Assembly: GCA_963765895.1 (NCBI GenBank)
Contig: CAVXZB010000088.1
Location: 96,001-160,000, forward strand
Direction: 5' to 3'
DNA length: 64,000 nt
Source: an uncultured Nitrososphaeraceae archaeon
GTDB taxonomy: Archaea; Thermoproteota; Nitrososphaeria; Nitrososphaerales; Nitrososphaeraceae
The position numbers and the translations under genes were made by a program. Of this stretch, positions 1 through 11,256 are shown in pieces. How positions within the stretch are numbered: position 1 is the stretch's first letter; each line of letters opens with the position of its first letter. Under the pieces are notes generated by a model, which worked only from the letters and a program-made list of their open reading frames with translations, was not told the DNA's origin and did no database searches.

Positions 1-506
1 GAATTTGAAGCCATAATAGGAATCAAGTCCAAGCAAAGGTTAAGAAATCTCTACCGTTTTGCGGATGTCAGCCCGTACTTTAGTTTCTTCATTACAATAT
101 TATTACATATTAACTATGAACCTTTATGCCGTGAATTGGGAACCGTATTATTCTGTATCAATCCTATTAGGTTTATTGTATAATCAGCCCAGTGCTGATT
201 GGGATGGCCCGAACTTTGCGGTTCAATTTGGAGATAAATTGTAGTATTTCAATGATTAGATAGGAAGAAGTGTAGGATAGCGCAAGGATCATTTAAGAAT
301 TTTTATTCTCCATCCTAAAATGGCTGATAAAGATAGTGTGATCTATAGGACTAGTAAGGATGTATGCAGCATGCTTTATTGAATTTTTGCCATCATTTCT
401 ATGACCTCTATATCCCCAGTAAGACATTAGTGACATGCTTCAAGTCGTTTACAGCAACTAATATACATATGCCAGAAAGCTACGTGTTGTCTCTACAATG
501 TTGACC

Positions 507-1040
507 TCAATGAAAAACGGTGGACACAATAATTGCAAGAAAATATACTATAGCAACTGCCTTTACCGTTTTACCTATGCTCATAATGACAACAAACTTT
601 TTGAAGTCATATTTTTTAACTCCAGCAACGATTGGTATAACATCTCCGAATATGGGGATCCATGGGGACATGAAGATTATTATCCATCCATATCTATCTA
701 ACAGGACAGTACTTCGTTTTTCCTTCTCTTTATCCTGATAAGTAATACTCTTGTTACCATTATGAAAATTACTTTTACTAGTTCGACTTTTGCGTATTTG
801 AAGAGACAATTTTTTTCCAGTGTAGCCCAAATAGTACGCAAGAAGTCCTCCAATTACTGATCCTATAGTTAGGACTATGAAGACATTTAGTTGATTCTGT
901 CCAGAAGCTAATAAGGCAGAAATTGTTAGTTCAGTTGGAATTGGAATGACCGAAGATAATATTCCATTTACAAAGAGACCCAGCAAGCCATATTTTGTAA
1001 ATAGCAAGGCTACTGAAGTCGGAATAGCAAAATTTAGCAT
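507..1040 (-). CDS. DedA/YqaA (SNARE-associated VTT) family membrane protein; a disrupted N-terminal extension to about 1185 is possible
   Basis: Motifs KYGLLGLF..SSVIPIPTE, GSVIGGLLAYYLG and RYGWIIIF.SPWIPIFGDVIPIVAG are typical of DedA/YqaA. Confidence 0.85.
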   Translation of the reverse strand: MLNFAIPTSVALLFTKYGLLGLFVNGILSSVIPIPTELTISALLASGQNQLNVFIVLTIGSVIGGLLAYYLGYTGKKLSLQIRKSRTSKSNFHNGNKSITYQDKEKEKRSTVLLDRYGWIIIFMSPWIPIFGDVIPIVAGVKKYDFKKFVVIMSIGKTVKAVAIVYFLAIIVSTVFH

Positions 1041-1395
1041 CGATTAATAACTGTATTGAAAGAATTCAGCATACTTTAACTTGATGGCGAAATATAACAT
1101 GACTGAGGTGTTCTGAGCGTGTTCATACTATAAGCAGTTAGGCTAAAATCGCTAGCGATGATAGGATCAAACGCCTCAAATACATCGACAATACTAACCT
1201 CTCTGAGAGAGTGTGCCCTGGGTAAGAGTCTGTTCCTGTGTTTATCTAGGCTAAACTCTGACTGATTTTCAGTTCAGATTAGAAGGAATTTATTCCATAC
1301 TATGTCTTCTCTTAATCACTTTCTATTCAAATAATACCAAACATTTGGAACAGGAGACAGAGAATAATTTTGACTGGTATATCCATGCAGTACGC

Positions 1396-1790
1396 CTAGG
1401 TTTCTATATAGAAGCCGCTAGATCTTTGCTCTTGGTCGAGTTCACTTAACTCGCCTGCTTTCTTGGGAGGCTCTTCTGCCTCTAGACCTTCGCGTTGTTT
1501 CAGAACCAACACCGTATTGTACTTTATCTCGTGTTACTCGATGGATTCCCAGAAGACTTACTGTAAAACGTGATTGCTTGGGTGTATCCTAGGTAGTATA
1601 GCTCAAAACCCTTAATATATAAGTCTGTTGCATTGCTGGTAGTCTATTTCTAATGATTTGTCAGAGTGGTCAATGCTTCAGTATCTTTACCTGTATTGAC
1701 TAATGTCTGTGCCTTGCGATTCGAAGGTCTGCATAATTTGGATCTTTAGCACTATTATAGAATTCAATCGCTTCATTATACCTTCCTAAC
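1396..1790 (-). pseudogene. Decayed tetratricopeptide-repeat (TPR) protein gene
   Basis: Minus-strand fragments in shifting frames read LGRYNEAIEFYN..DPNYAD, AQTLVNTGKDTEAL, DKSLEID and NATDLYIKGFELYYLGYTQAITFYSK, all TPR consensus-like; multiple indels. Confidence 0.6.
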
Positions 1791-2290
1791 CTGCCGTCTA
1801 AAAGTATCATCTATTGAACACAGTTTAACACTAGTCCGCGGGTTAACATACTCCCCATCCTATCTGTAATCATCTGACAAAATTACATCGTCTGAGGAGA
1901 AACCTATCTTTTATCAGCACACCAGTGTATCCCAAACTTGACTGAAGCGTTCGGTATAATCGTATTTAAAAAATATAAGATCCCATAATTGATGAGATAT
2001 GCAAGATGTGGCCGCTCCTGGTTCCTTACTGGAATGATAAGATTATGCTCAATTTTATGACACTACAATAGAGAGCAGTCAATTGTAATGATTATTCTAA
2101 ATGCTAACCTACCATCATCAGCAGTATAATATCTCATACAAACGGTTACTTTATTCAAGCAATTGGTTGGTATAGTGGTGTAGTGCAAGAGTTGTCGATG
2201 TATGGATTTCCTTGCTCGCTAGTAAAATACTGACTTAACCTGAGGAGCGTACTCTCAAAGCAAAGACAGATACCAAGATCAAAAAACAAA

Positions 2291-2623
2291 TTATAAAAAA
2301 GATTTTTCGACTGACTTCAAGATTTCAGAAATGACCGGTACGTGCCCATAACCATTCATTATTCTATTGCATATTTCTCTTATCATGTTTTTATTTTCCG
2401 GATCATCCTTTAACAAGACAACCAGATCTTCAAATAGATTTGCCAATTTCATCTCATCTTCTTTATCTATTTCTTTTTTGAGTATTTGAGATTCTTCGGA
2501 GCTTTTTCCCCGCGCTGAACTCAAATGTGATAATTCTCTAATAATATTATCAATCTTTGAGAGGATTTCTTCTTTCTCCACAGGAATATACCTTCCGTCG
2601 GTCCATATGAACGCATGTATCAT
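2291..2623 (-). CDS. Hypothetical helical protein
   Basis: 110-aa ORF with protein-like charged composition; no recognised motif. Confidence 0.55.
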   Translation of the reverse strand: MIHAFIWTDGRYIPVEKEEILSKIDNIIRELSHLSSARGKSSEESQILKKEIDKEDEMKLANLFEDLVVLLKDDPENKNMIREICNRIMNGYGHVPVISEILKSVEKSFL

Positions 2624-2844
2624 CTTTGGTCCATTTTAGAACCAGAACTTCCAACCACGATTATAATCAACTTAAATAATGCATTGATTTCTATCCGCAC
2701 CATCGACAAAATTCATTAATAATTACATTTTGGAGCAATTTCTCTCTTCTAGTATCTTATCTTCACTCTTGTATTTGTCGGATCAAAAATTCTGGACAAA
2801 GGCGTCCTAATTTCTCAACATGTAATAACAAAAAAAGGAAAAGA

Positions 2845-3930
2845 TTATCTGGCACCTAAATTGTATGTAGCACTTTCAATGAATTCTCCGCTAGGGTTTC
2901 CAGTAACAGCGTCTATACTAACCTTCACCATGAAAGGACCTGCTTGCGGAATAATTACCGATTGTTTTCCAGTACCATCAGGAGCTTTCTGATCTGCAGC
3001 CTGTTTGATTATTTTACCGTCTGGTGTAGTTACTGAAAAGGTATAGCTTACTTGATTTTGGATATTATTTGAGCTATCCATAAAAAGTATACCGAATTGT
3101 GTAACTTTACCATGTACAATGATTGCAGGTTGCCAAAACAGTTGGATATTGTAGGTGCCACGACCGGTTTGCAAAGTTAATGGCGATTTGGGCTGTAAAA
3201 TAAGAGTCTTAGGTTGCTTAGGTTGACCTTGGCCTGTGGATTGAAGGTCAAAGGCATATTGAATTGGTGGAGCTCCGGTTGTTACAGCTGCAAAAGCCTG
3301 CGCCTTGATTGGATATGGCATATTTGGATTCACGTATATGTGATTATCAGCTCCATAATGCCAAGATATCGCTGTAGTATCAAACGTTCCTGCGGGGACC
3401 GTGACCTTAGCTGCTCCGCTAGGTGCAATAGGTGACCCACCTATGGCCGCTAGCTTGCCCCAGGAAGGAGAACTCAATGATTGTCCGGGTTTTGGTACGA
3501 ATGATGCTAACCAGCCTAACGTATTAACGTATGCGCTCTTATACGGCCTTAATGCAGTAGATATCTGGGAACTGCCTAGAGCAGTAAGATCGAGGTCACT
3601 CAGATGAAAGGTACCATTAATTACGTTGCCGTTTGGTTCTGTCACGTACACCGGCGCAATCCAGTAACCTTTGCTGCTATCGAATTGCTTAAGATAGATA
3701 GTCATTATGAATGGCTGGCTTTCTTTCGTATCATGATCCTGTATCTTATAAGTATAATATGTATTCGCTTTCGCACCTTTACCGAGATACCAATTATTGT
3801 CTGCATAGGCTTTTTGAATACCAATAGTGGACTCTGACAGTAATAATATTGGTGCGACTAACATCGCAGTCAAGGCAAAGAATATGCCAAAACTAGTACC
3901 GCTATTCCTGTTTTGCTTAACATTCATCAA
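2845..3930 (-). CDS. Secreted/surface protein of unknown function (thaumarchaeal type)
   Basis: N-terminal hydrophobic signal ending QKAYA; beta-rich C-terminal domain; T-tract downstream on the coding strand. Confidence 0.8.
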   Translation of the reverse strand: MMNVKQNRNSGTSFGIFFALTAMLVAPILLLSESTIGIQKAYADNNWYLGKGAKANTYYTYKIQDHDTKESQPFIMTIYLKQFDSSKGYWIAPVYVTEPNGNVINGTFHLSDLDLTALGSSQISTALRPYKSAYVNTLGWLASFVPKPGQSLSSPSWGKLAAIGGSPIAPSGAAKVTVPAGTFDTTAISWHYGADNHIYVNPNMPYPIKAQAFAAVTTGAPPIQYAFDLQSTGQGQPKQPKTLILQPKSPLTLQTGRGTYNIQLFWQPAIIVHGKVTQFGILFMDSSNNIQNQVSYTFSVTTPDGKIIKQAADQKAPDGTGKQSVIIPQAGPFMVKVSIDAVTGNPSGEFIESATYNLGAR

Positions 3931-4390
3931 CTATTACTGTTCAGATAACCTGATAAATATTTTTATTTTTATTCTATTTTCAGCTAACGTCAAATCGTAA
4001 AGGTTTCGACGTAAATTTCTAAATATATGTAAAACCAATAAAATGATTCTGGTTTATTGATTGATTTAACACTGGATCATTTGAACTGTAATCTCGGGCT
4101 GAAATGAGAACAAATCAGTTTGCAAAACCTTTTCGAAAGTTCCAGACTTTCTTATCACGAACTAATGTGATTTCCATAGCAGTTAACAGAAAAGTTTATC
4201 GGTTATCAAAGTATGATTTACCCATAATTAAGATAGACTTTACAATCACTTTTCAATATTTCAGAGCATAGGATATTGAATGTTCTAAAAATTGAAATGT
4301 ATGGTATATGAATTGTGCTGCCTATTACCTTATTGCGTGTATGTCATCTTGAAATGAAATTTTCCGCTAGATATTACCTGTCTATGCTAG

Positions 4391-4720
4391 CTAGATATTT
4401 GAACTGTGCTCAAATGAACGAATAATCGATAGATGAGGCTCTGTGAGCTTTATCGTGTAGGCTGCCGTATCATCTGAAGAAAGGTGAGAAAGTTCTTCCA
4501 AGAATTTTGTTTTATCTCTTCCTCGTTCGTAGAGGCCACCAGATTCCTTAATACACAGGGGAAACTTTTGCAGACTAATATCCTTGGCACGAAGGTACGA
4601 AATAAAATGTCGATAGGCATCAAGGTCATACCAATCCCAATCCCTCTCTTCACAGAAACTTATCCATACATCAATGGTATTTTGGAAGAAAGCCTTTGAA
4701 CGTAGTTTTTCTAGGCTCAT
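4391..4720 (-). CDS. Conserved hypothetical protein
   Basis: 109-aa ORF with a TATA-like element about 25 nt upstream; globular composition. Confidence 0.75.
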   Translation of the reverse strand: MSLEKLRSKAFFQNTIDVWISFCEERDWDWYDLDAYRHFISYLRAKDISLQKFPLCIKESGGLYERGRDKTKFLEELSHLSSDDTAAYTIKLTEPHLSIIRSFEHSSNI

Positions 4721-5017
4721 ACTAATAAATGAATTATATCATAGTATTTTTGAATTTATCGGCAGGTTACCTACCTGTCGACATCATAGTCATTGTCTGG
4801 ACAGTCTATCGACACCATAATTGTGGCAGAAGCGTAAAACTCGGATTTAACTTGTAACATAGAAAATAGCCACGTATGCGGCAAATTGCCTTCAGATACG
4901 TCATATTTTACAGCTTTCACCTCCCTTTTGAATATATAAATTATGATTCGAATAATTTGTAGTAGTAATAGGCCTATAATAACATATATTCTTATGCCAC
5001 ATGATATATCATTTAGT

Positions 5018-5434
5018 ATGCCCAACCGAGATCAACTCCATGAGGCTACATTAAAAAAAAGGGAGTATTGCAGCAAAATCCTCAGTATATCTCCCAAAAT
5101 TCGATACGCTGCAGTTATGAATGGATTTGGAAGGACTATAGCAGGTCAGTTACGTAAAGATGTGGTTCCATTATTTACGCCAGATGAGGCGAGGAATGAA
5201 AATTATATTGAAGCTACAAGAAATTGTTTAAGAAAAAATTTCGATAAATCTATTGGTAAGACTACTTTCACATTCACCGAAAATGAAAAGGTAAAGATAT
5301 TGGTCATTCCTGGAGAGACTAATTTTTGCTATCTGACCTTGGATAAGGATACAAAAATAACCGAAGTTGAGCCTATTGTCGATTCCACAAGGAAATTTAT
5401 TCTTTCAAACAATATCGACCATCCTTCAACTTGA
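5018..5434 (+). CDS. Roadblock/profilin-like thaumarchaeal family protein (DUF6659-like)
   Basis: ILSISPKIRYAAV..GRTIAG.LRKDVVPL and FDKSIGKT pattern; start chosen at ATG 5018 (ORF open from 4943). Confidence 0.65.
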   Translation: MPNRDQLHEATLKKREYCSKILSISPKIRYAAVMNGFGRTIAGQLRKDVVPLFTPDEARNENYIEATRNCLRKNFDKSIGKTTFTFTENEKVKILVIPGETNFCYLTLDKDTKITEVEPIVDSTRKFILSNNIDHPST

Positions 5435-5485
5435 TCAAAATGAGTGTATAAGAGGCTATGTGTGAAAGTCAATATAGATGAATGA

Positions 5486-5938
5486 TTAGGACAAGGATTT
5501 CAACTTTCTAATTAACTCCTTATCTCCATAAATTGATGGATGATTTGGATCTGCGAGAATTATCTCATACCACAAATACGTCCCATCTTTATACAAATAA
5601 TAAGAACCCAATACTTCCATATTGGGAAATTTCTCATTAACTCTCCTTTCTGCGACTTTTCGCATGCTTATTCCCTGTTTGATGCGGACGACGCCCATGT
5701 GTTTAGGTCTTCTACCTGACACAGGTCTTTTTTTTCTCATGCCTCCCCTTCCTACTCTCGCTCTCACCATCACCATTCCTTGTTTAGCTTTATATCCTAA
5801 CTTCCTTGCCCTATCTATCCTACTTGGTTTTTCAATTCTACTCACGGCTGGTTCGAGTCTCCACCCTATAGCTTTTGATTTCACTTCAGAATTCTGTTTC
5901 CACATCATTTTCCAAGTGTTGCCTATATGGGAGTACAT
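5486..5938 (-). CDS. rpl15e: 50S ribosomal protein L15e
   Basis: RIEKPSRIDRARKLGYKAKQG, RRPKHMG and AERRVNEKFPNMEVLGSY signatures. Confidence 0.97.
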   Translation of the reverse strand: MYSHIGNTWKMMWKQNSEVKSKAIGWRLEPAVSRIEKPSRIDRARKLGYKAKQGMVMVRARVGRGGMRKKRPVSGRRPKHMGVVRIKQGISMRKVAERRVNEKFPNMEVLGSYYLYKDGTYLWYEIILADPNHPSIYGDKELIRKLKSLS

Positions 5939-6163
5939 GTCTAGTGGTTTGGTTGGATGAGCCCTTTATATCTGTATATTTCCTTTAACCTGGTGCACTA
6001 GCGTTCATAATCAGGATATTATAAGGCCATATTGCAAACTCTAATATCCAGCATATTCAAAAACAGTCACTTTTATTTCTTAGCCAGGGATACATTAGTA
6101 GGAGTGGATAAACATTAGGACAATATACCAGTACACCAAAGACTGATGGTCCTAACGCTTATG

Positions 6164-7091
6164 CTAGGTATTCATTATTTGAATAATTTTTTCAGCTATA
6201 ACTGTGGACGCTAGTCTCTGCGCTTCCAACGTCTGAGCACCAATATGCGGTGTACTCACCACATTCGGCAACTCAAGGAGCAGCCTGTTAACAGGAGGTT
6301 CAATTTCAAATACATCAAGAGCCCGCCCCGGCAATCTTACCTGCCTTTAGGGCTTCATATAATGCGTTTTCTTCAATAACTCCTCCCCTTGAAGTATTTA
6401 TAATATATGCAGATGACTTCATCTTGGAAAGCCGGTTTGCATCGAACATGTGTCGAGTTTCTGCAGTAATAGGTACATGACACGTTATATAATCAGAACT
6501 TTCTATTAATGTGTCGAGATCCGTCTTAATTAATCCTACTTCTTTAACAAAATCTTGATTTATGGGAATTGTATCATAGCCAATTAGATTCATCCTTAAC
6601 GCTTTTGCAATACGTGCCGTATTTCTACCTATACTCCCTACACCCACGATTCCCAAATATTTGCCATTGAGTTCTGTTCCCACCAAGCTTTTCTTAATCC
6701 AATTTCCCTTTCTCAGTTCTGAGTCTGCGAGCATAATTTTCCGGCAAAGACACATCATAAGGCCTATCACTAATTCAGAGACAGCGCTGATAGCAGCTTC
6801 TGGAGCGTTAATTACGCGTATATTCTTCCTCTCCGCTGCTACTACGTCTATGTTATCCAATCCGACTCCAACTCGAGCTATTATTTTTGCGGATGTCGCG
6901 AGATCAACAATATCTTTGGTTAATTTGGTTCTGCTCCGCACAATTATGATATCATAATTAGCAATGGAAGATACCAATTTCTCAGTTGTAATTTCAGGTT
7001 GATAGGTTACCGTTAATCCAGCCCTTTCCAAACTGTTTATTCCTGCCTGATCAATTGCATCACAAACAAGAACGCTACCAGTAGCTTGCAT
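6164..7091 (-). CDS. serA: D-3-phosphoglycerate dehydrogenase (short form); frameshift near 6322
   Basis: [21 protein letters not shown] and NTSRG motifs; after one extra G the frame continues [10 protein letters not shown]...[12 protein letters not shown] to a stop at 6164. Confidence 0.88.
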
Positions 7092-7884
7092 GGAAATTTT
7101 AAAAATGGCATAGATAATTTAAATTTTTGTTGGCATTGTCACAAAAAAGATTGAGTTAGATAATTATATGCAAAAACGGCCGAAGATCATTACTCTGTTT
7201 ATCATAAGTCAACGGTATGATTGTTAGATACCAGGTAATTCTGACTTGAGTTTTCCCAAATTTAGTATCGTATTTGATAGGTTTACTTGAATCTTACTCT
7301 GCTGGAACTATCGCACATCTGGCAGCACTTGGCCTCACGAATTCCTAATGCATTTTGATATAGTTCATCATTATGGCCATATCATCAAGTCTCATACGAT
7401 AAAGATCGCACTTTCGTGCCAGTTACTAATAGTATCAATTTCTCTGCCAATCGACGACATTTATTAGACTGAACTTGGCCGCCTAAGCGTTTCAAAATTC
7501 AATATACAACATGAAAGACTTTATTAATTGGTAACGATACACTTGTTCGCATCTATTGGCCCAACGCGTTAAAAAATGACTAAAAACATATGCATTCTCA
7601 TATCAATGAATCCACAGAAGATATCGTTTAATCACATTTTACTAGCAAGATTAGCATTTGTCACTGATTGATCAAGTTCCCTGCTAGCCTGGAAATAAGG
7701 CGTGTATATCCATGTTATGGTTCCAGATATTTTCATATCCTTTTCTCATATCTCCAGATAGCTTAAATTTTTTGTACGGAATGTTTTCATATTTGTGCCA
7801 TAATAAATTACGTTTGCGATCGATAATTTCTTAAAACGACCAGAAAAGTGGTCAGCATATCAACTTTTATAGTTATAAAACACG

Positions 7885-8427
7885 ATGATTTCCATGAGCA
7901 GGCCGGATTGGGATGAATATTTCATACTCTATGCAGAGATAGCTAAACTTCGTTCAAATTGTATGGCTAGACATGTAGGTGCAGTGATCGTAAAAGAGAA
8001 CAGACAGATCGCGACTGGCTACAACGGAACTCCGTCCGGCATTAAAAATTGTTTTGAAGGTGGATGCCTAAGATGTAAAGAAAGAATTCAAGGGAAGATT
8101 AAGTCCGGTGACCAACTAGATAGATGCCTATGTACTCACGCAGAAGCCAATGCGATAATGCAGTGTGCATTATTTGGAAATGCGGGAAGTACTAGGGGTG
8201 CCACCTTATACACTACATTTACTCCGTGCATAGAATGCAGCAAAATGGCAATCGGCGTGGGCATCACAAGAATAGTTGTACTTGGTAGATATCCAGAAGA
8301 CGTAACAGGATTACTAAAAGAAACAAATATTCAAATGACACAATTAGATCATAGTAGTCTGAAAAAATGGATTACACAAATCAATCAAGATCCTGAGCTT
8401 TCCAAAACTCCATCTAATCAAGTATAG
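7885..8427 (+). CDS. dCMP deaminase family protein
   Basis: RPDWDEYF, TGYNGTPSG, HAEANA and PCIEC zinc-deaminase motifs. Confidence 0.92.
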   Translation: MISMSRPDWDEYFILYAEIAKLRSNCMARHVGAVIVKENRQIATGYNGTPSGIKNCFEGGCLRCKERIQGKIKSGDQLDRCLCTHAEANAIMQCALFGNAGSTRGATLYTTFTPCIECSKMAIGVGITRIVVLGRYPEDVTGLLKETNIQMTQLDHSSLKKWITQINQDPELSKTPSNQV

Positions 8428-8519
8428 GACAGTTGGAATCTGTAAGAAGAAGGTCTCTAACTATTGAAGCTATTCGAGAATAGAATTTTATTAGACCTCG
8501 GCAGGTTCTAATTGGAGTA

Positions 8520-8678
8520 ATGAATAGCAGTAAGTTTAATGTTTCACTAACGGAATCTGAGTGGCAAGTCATACTAAACTCTTTGAGTAACACAATATTT
8601 AATGAAGAGTTGACTGGGGAGGCTCGAAAAAGTGCAAAGGAACTATTTCTGAAACTACAAAAGCATCTTGGCGTTTAG
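8520..8678 (+). CDS. Small (52 aa) hypothetical protein, not in the ORF track
   Basis: MNSSKFNVSLTESEWQVILNSLSNTIFNEELTGEARKSAKELFLKLQKHLGV; GGAG SD-like site just upstream. Confidence 0.65.
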   Translation: MNSSKFNVSLTESEWQVILNSLSNTIFNEELTGEARKSAKELFLKLQKHLGV

Positions 8679-8851
8679 ATTTAAAAAGAAAAATTATCGA
8701 GAGAGATAGAGATAAAATTAGTAGAGACTATAAATTAGATTCAACTATAAATGCATTTAATTATCCCCTTATAAGGATTTTCGGCGTCTTTGATTCTAAA
8801 ATTAGAAATGTTCCGATAGGATTTTAATTCACATCAAAATGGGAAACCGCA

Positions 8852-9736
8852 TCATTTTTTGTTCATACTCGATCTAGTCTTGTGGATTGTGTCCAATATC
8901 ACATCCACATCTTCTGCCTCAGGATCTAATTCTAGGTACAAGTTCAACATCTCTAAGGCTTGTTCTGGTCTTTGTTTCTTTATGAGTAAAATTCCCTTAT
9001 CTGGTACTGCATTCGGATTATATTTATCAAGGGTCAGAATCATTTCATTTGCAATTTCTGTGCTATCCAGATCTTGCGACTCATAATAACTAGCTTTGAG
9101 ATTATTTAGAAGCCGGACCAGAACTTGAGTCGCAGTCGCTTTTCGAACAAAATCTTTTGTAAGAGGGATATTCTGATTAGGATAAAATTGATCCAAAAGG
9201 TGCTTTAACGTGTAATCATCCATAATTCTTCCCTCATTATATGGATCTATAATTATTTCGTCATCATCTTCCAGGGTATGTTTTACGAGAAAATGTGCAG
9301 GAAAACTAACCGGATATAACTTGAAATTTAGCATGTATGCAGTGCGCATATATAAGATCGATAATGTAATTGGGATGCCTAGTCGACGCTCGACTACGAC
9401 ATTAAGAAAATTATTTGAGGGATTGAAGTAGTCATGCTCGTTTCCCCTGAACCCCAGAATCTTAAAAAGATAATTATTGATCTCTTCAATTATTTGCGTT
9501 GGTCGAAGAGGCATACGTTTCTTTATAGATATTTGAAGTTCCTTTCCCATAGCATCAATAGTCTCCAATGCATGAAGCACTTGTAAATTCGGATAGGCGA
9601 GTATTCTTGATAAATGAAGCGCATATAATGACAAGTCATCAGTATTGTCAGAGGCCGAAACTACATTCGCTACGCTAATGCGCCAGTCTTCGATAATGTT
9701 ACGCAGGTCATGAATCGGCAATATCTTTATTGACAA
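8852..9736 (-). CDS. SirB1-family (transglutaminase-like) protein with C-terminal TPR
   Basis: GFRGN.HDYFNP.N.FLN.V.ERR.GIPITLS, FPAHFLVK, IIDPYNEG and RLLNNLK motifs. Confidence 0.9.
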   Translation of the reverse strand: MSIKILPIHDLRNIIEDWRISVANVVSASDNTDDLSLYALHLSRILAYPNLQVLHALETIDAMGKELQISIKKRMPLRPTQIIEEINNYLFKILGFRGNEHDYFNPSNNFLNVVVERRLGIPITLSILYMRTAYMLNFKLYPVSFPAHFLVKHTLEDDDEIIIDPYNEGRIMDDYTLKHLLDQFYPNQNIPLTKDFVRKATATQVLVRLLNNLKASYYESQDLDSTEIANEMILTLDKYNPNAVPDKGILLIKKQRPEQALEMLNLYLELDPEAEDVDVILDTIHKTRSSMNKK

Positions 9737-10016
9737 GTTTACCTACTTATAATTTTCACGTGATTACTCCATGCTTTGATGCTAGAATGTCGCGTAAAAT
9801 CATAATTTAATTTTTCACGTGGCTATCTTCGGCAGATATTGTGATTGGAACCTTATCTTTACGAAGGCTGAAAATATATCCTATTTATGAGTTGAATTTC
9901 CTAAATCCGTATAGTATTAGCTCACATACTAAGCTGAAATCTAATAGAACAACATAAATATCATGCGCAGAACGTCATTTATTGTCAAATGGCGCTGCGA
10001 CATAATTTTAGTCACG

Positions 10017-11256
10017 TCAGGCTAATGATGTCTTATTAAACTCATCTCTAGTTTGTCTATACCTTCTATAATCTTCATCTACTTCTATTGCTGACGCCAA
10101 TATCTTACTTCTTATTGACTTGGAAGATTGTAAGAACATTTTAGTATCTTTTGGTAGACAATGACCACCTATTCCATCTCTTGGTTCAAGTATATTCACA
10201 TTCCATTTTGTATTTAGTGCATCTCGTAGTTCTGCAAAGTTTATGTTATTTGCTTGACAGTAAAGATATAGATCTTCTGCAAATGCTATTTGTAGATATC
10301 TGTGAGCATTTTCAGCAATCTTTGTAATTTCAGCAATTTCTATTTGAGGTACTGCATGCATACGAATATCCAAGCTCTTTTTGTGTGGATTTATTGTATC
10401 ATGTTGTTGTTCAGTGACGTTGTTATAATTATAATCATTATTATTAGTATTATTAGTATTATTAGTATTTGTTACATTGTCTGAGTCTATGGATTCTGTG
10501 GGCAGTCCAATTCCGACTGTTCCTGCTCCTTCTGTCTCCCCCACTAGCATTCTACCATCATAAAACTCCATAGCTACATCTAGACAGCATTGACAGACTC
10601 CACCAAGTACTCGTAGTTGATTGACACCGTGTTCTTCTTGTTCTAATGCATACCAGCGATGAGGTGCATGAGCTACATGCAGTCTATGATTAAGCATTTC
10701 AAATACCTTCTTTGATGTACCTTTTGGAATAGTACTTTCTATTGAAACTAGTGCTCCATTCTTTGCTTCTTTTGATATCTTTTCAACTATAGATAATAGA
10801 CCATCTATTTGTGGAGAAAACATGTCATCTGGTTTGTGTGTAGAAACACAGATGATAAAGACATCAAACGGACTAAAATCATATGCAACGGAAGTATTAC
10901 CATCATAATTATTATTATTATTATTATTATTACTACTACTACTACTTACACTAACACTAGCACTATTACCATTATTTCTGGAGCTATTATTGTTTATTAT
11001 TACTATCTCCAATCCTTTTTATTCCAGCTATTTTCTGTGCACGATCCATTGCTTTTGTACTTATGTCATAACCATATGTATCAAATCCACCTCTGTCCTT
11101 GATGTATTTTGCTACTGGTAAACCAAGTTGGCCCAACCCTATTACAAGAACCTTCAATCGACTCCCATTATCCTTGTAGTGCACTGTATTCGGTCTAAAC
11201 CTACCTTGACGAATGGCTGATTTAGATTGCTTAGAAAACTTGTGATCTAACAACAA
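10017..11256 (-). CDS. Nucleotide-sugar (UDP-glucose/GDP-mannose/UDP-ManNAc) dehydrogenase family, with low-complexity inserts and a frameshift near 10990
   Basis: VIGLGQLG Rossmann motif, ICVST, IESTIPKGT, EITKIAENAHR and GIGGHCLPKD, split over ORFs 10987-11256 and 10017-11012. Confidence 0.85.
10443..10469 (-). repeat. 9-bp tandem repeat x3 encoding NTN
   Basis: (ATTAGTATT)3 on the plus strand. Confidence 0.9.
10908..10946 (-). repeat. (AGT)5(AAT)8 trinucleotide microsatellite encoding S5N8
   Basis: Plus strand reads (ATT)8 followed by (ACT)5. Confidence 0.95.

Noticed and set aside
1100-1445. Apparent IS200/IS605 tnpB 3' end and omega-RNA (SERVHT-like codons, a DRD.NA-like stretch, GAAGCC...GTTCAC end)
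   Set aside because: No zinc-finger cysteines, several indels needed and a poor hairpin. The same DNA is better explained on the minus strand as the TPR pseudogene tail and a possible DedA N-terminus. An Infernal search with omega-RNA models would settle it.
1390-1620. Possible 200-nt ncRNA bounded by CCTAGG palindromes with a TATA-like element
   Set aside because: No RNase P or SRP conserved motifs; the stretch translates as TPR consensus.
5486-5938. Short (150 aa) L15e as a truncation
   Set aside because: Clean stop after the conserved core; short L15e appears normal for Thaumarchaeota.
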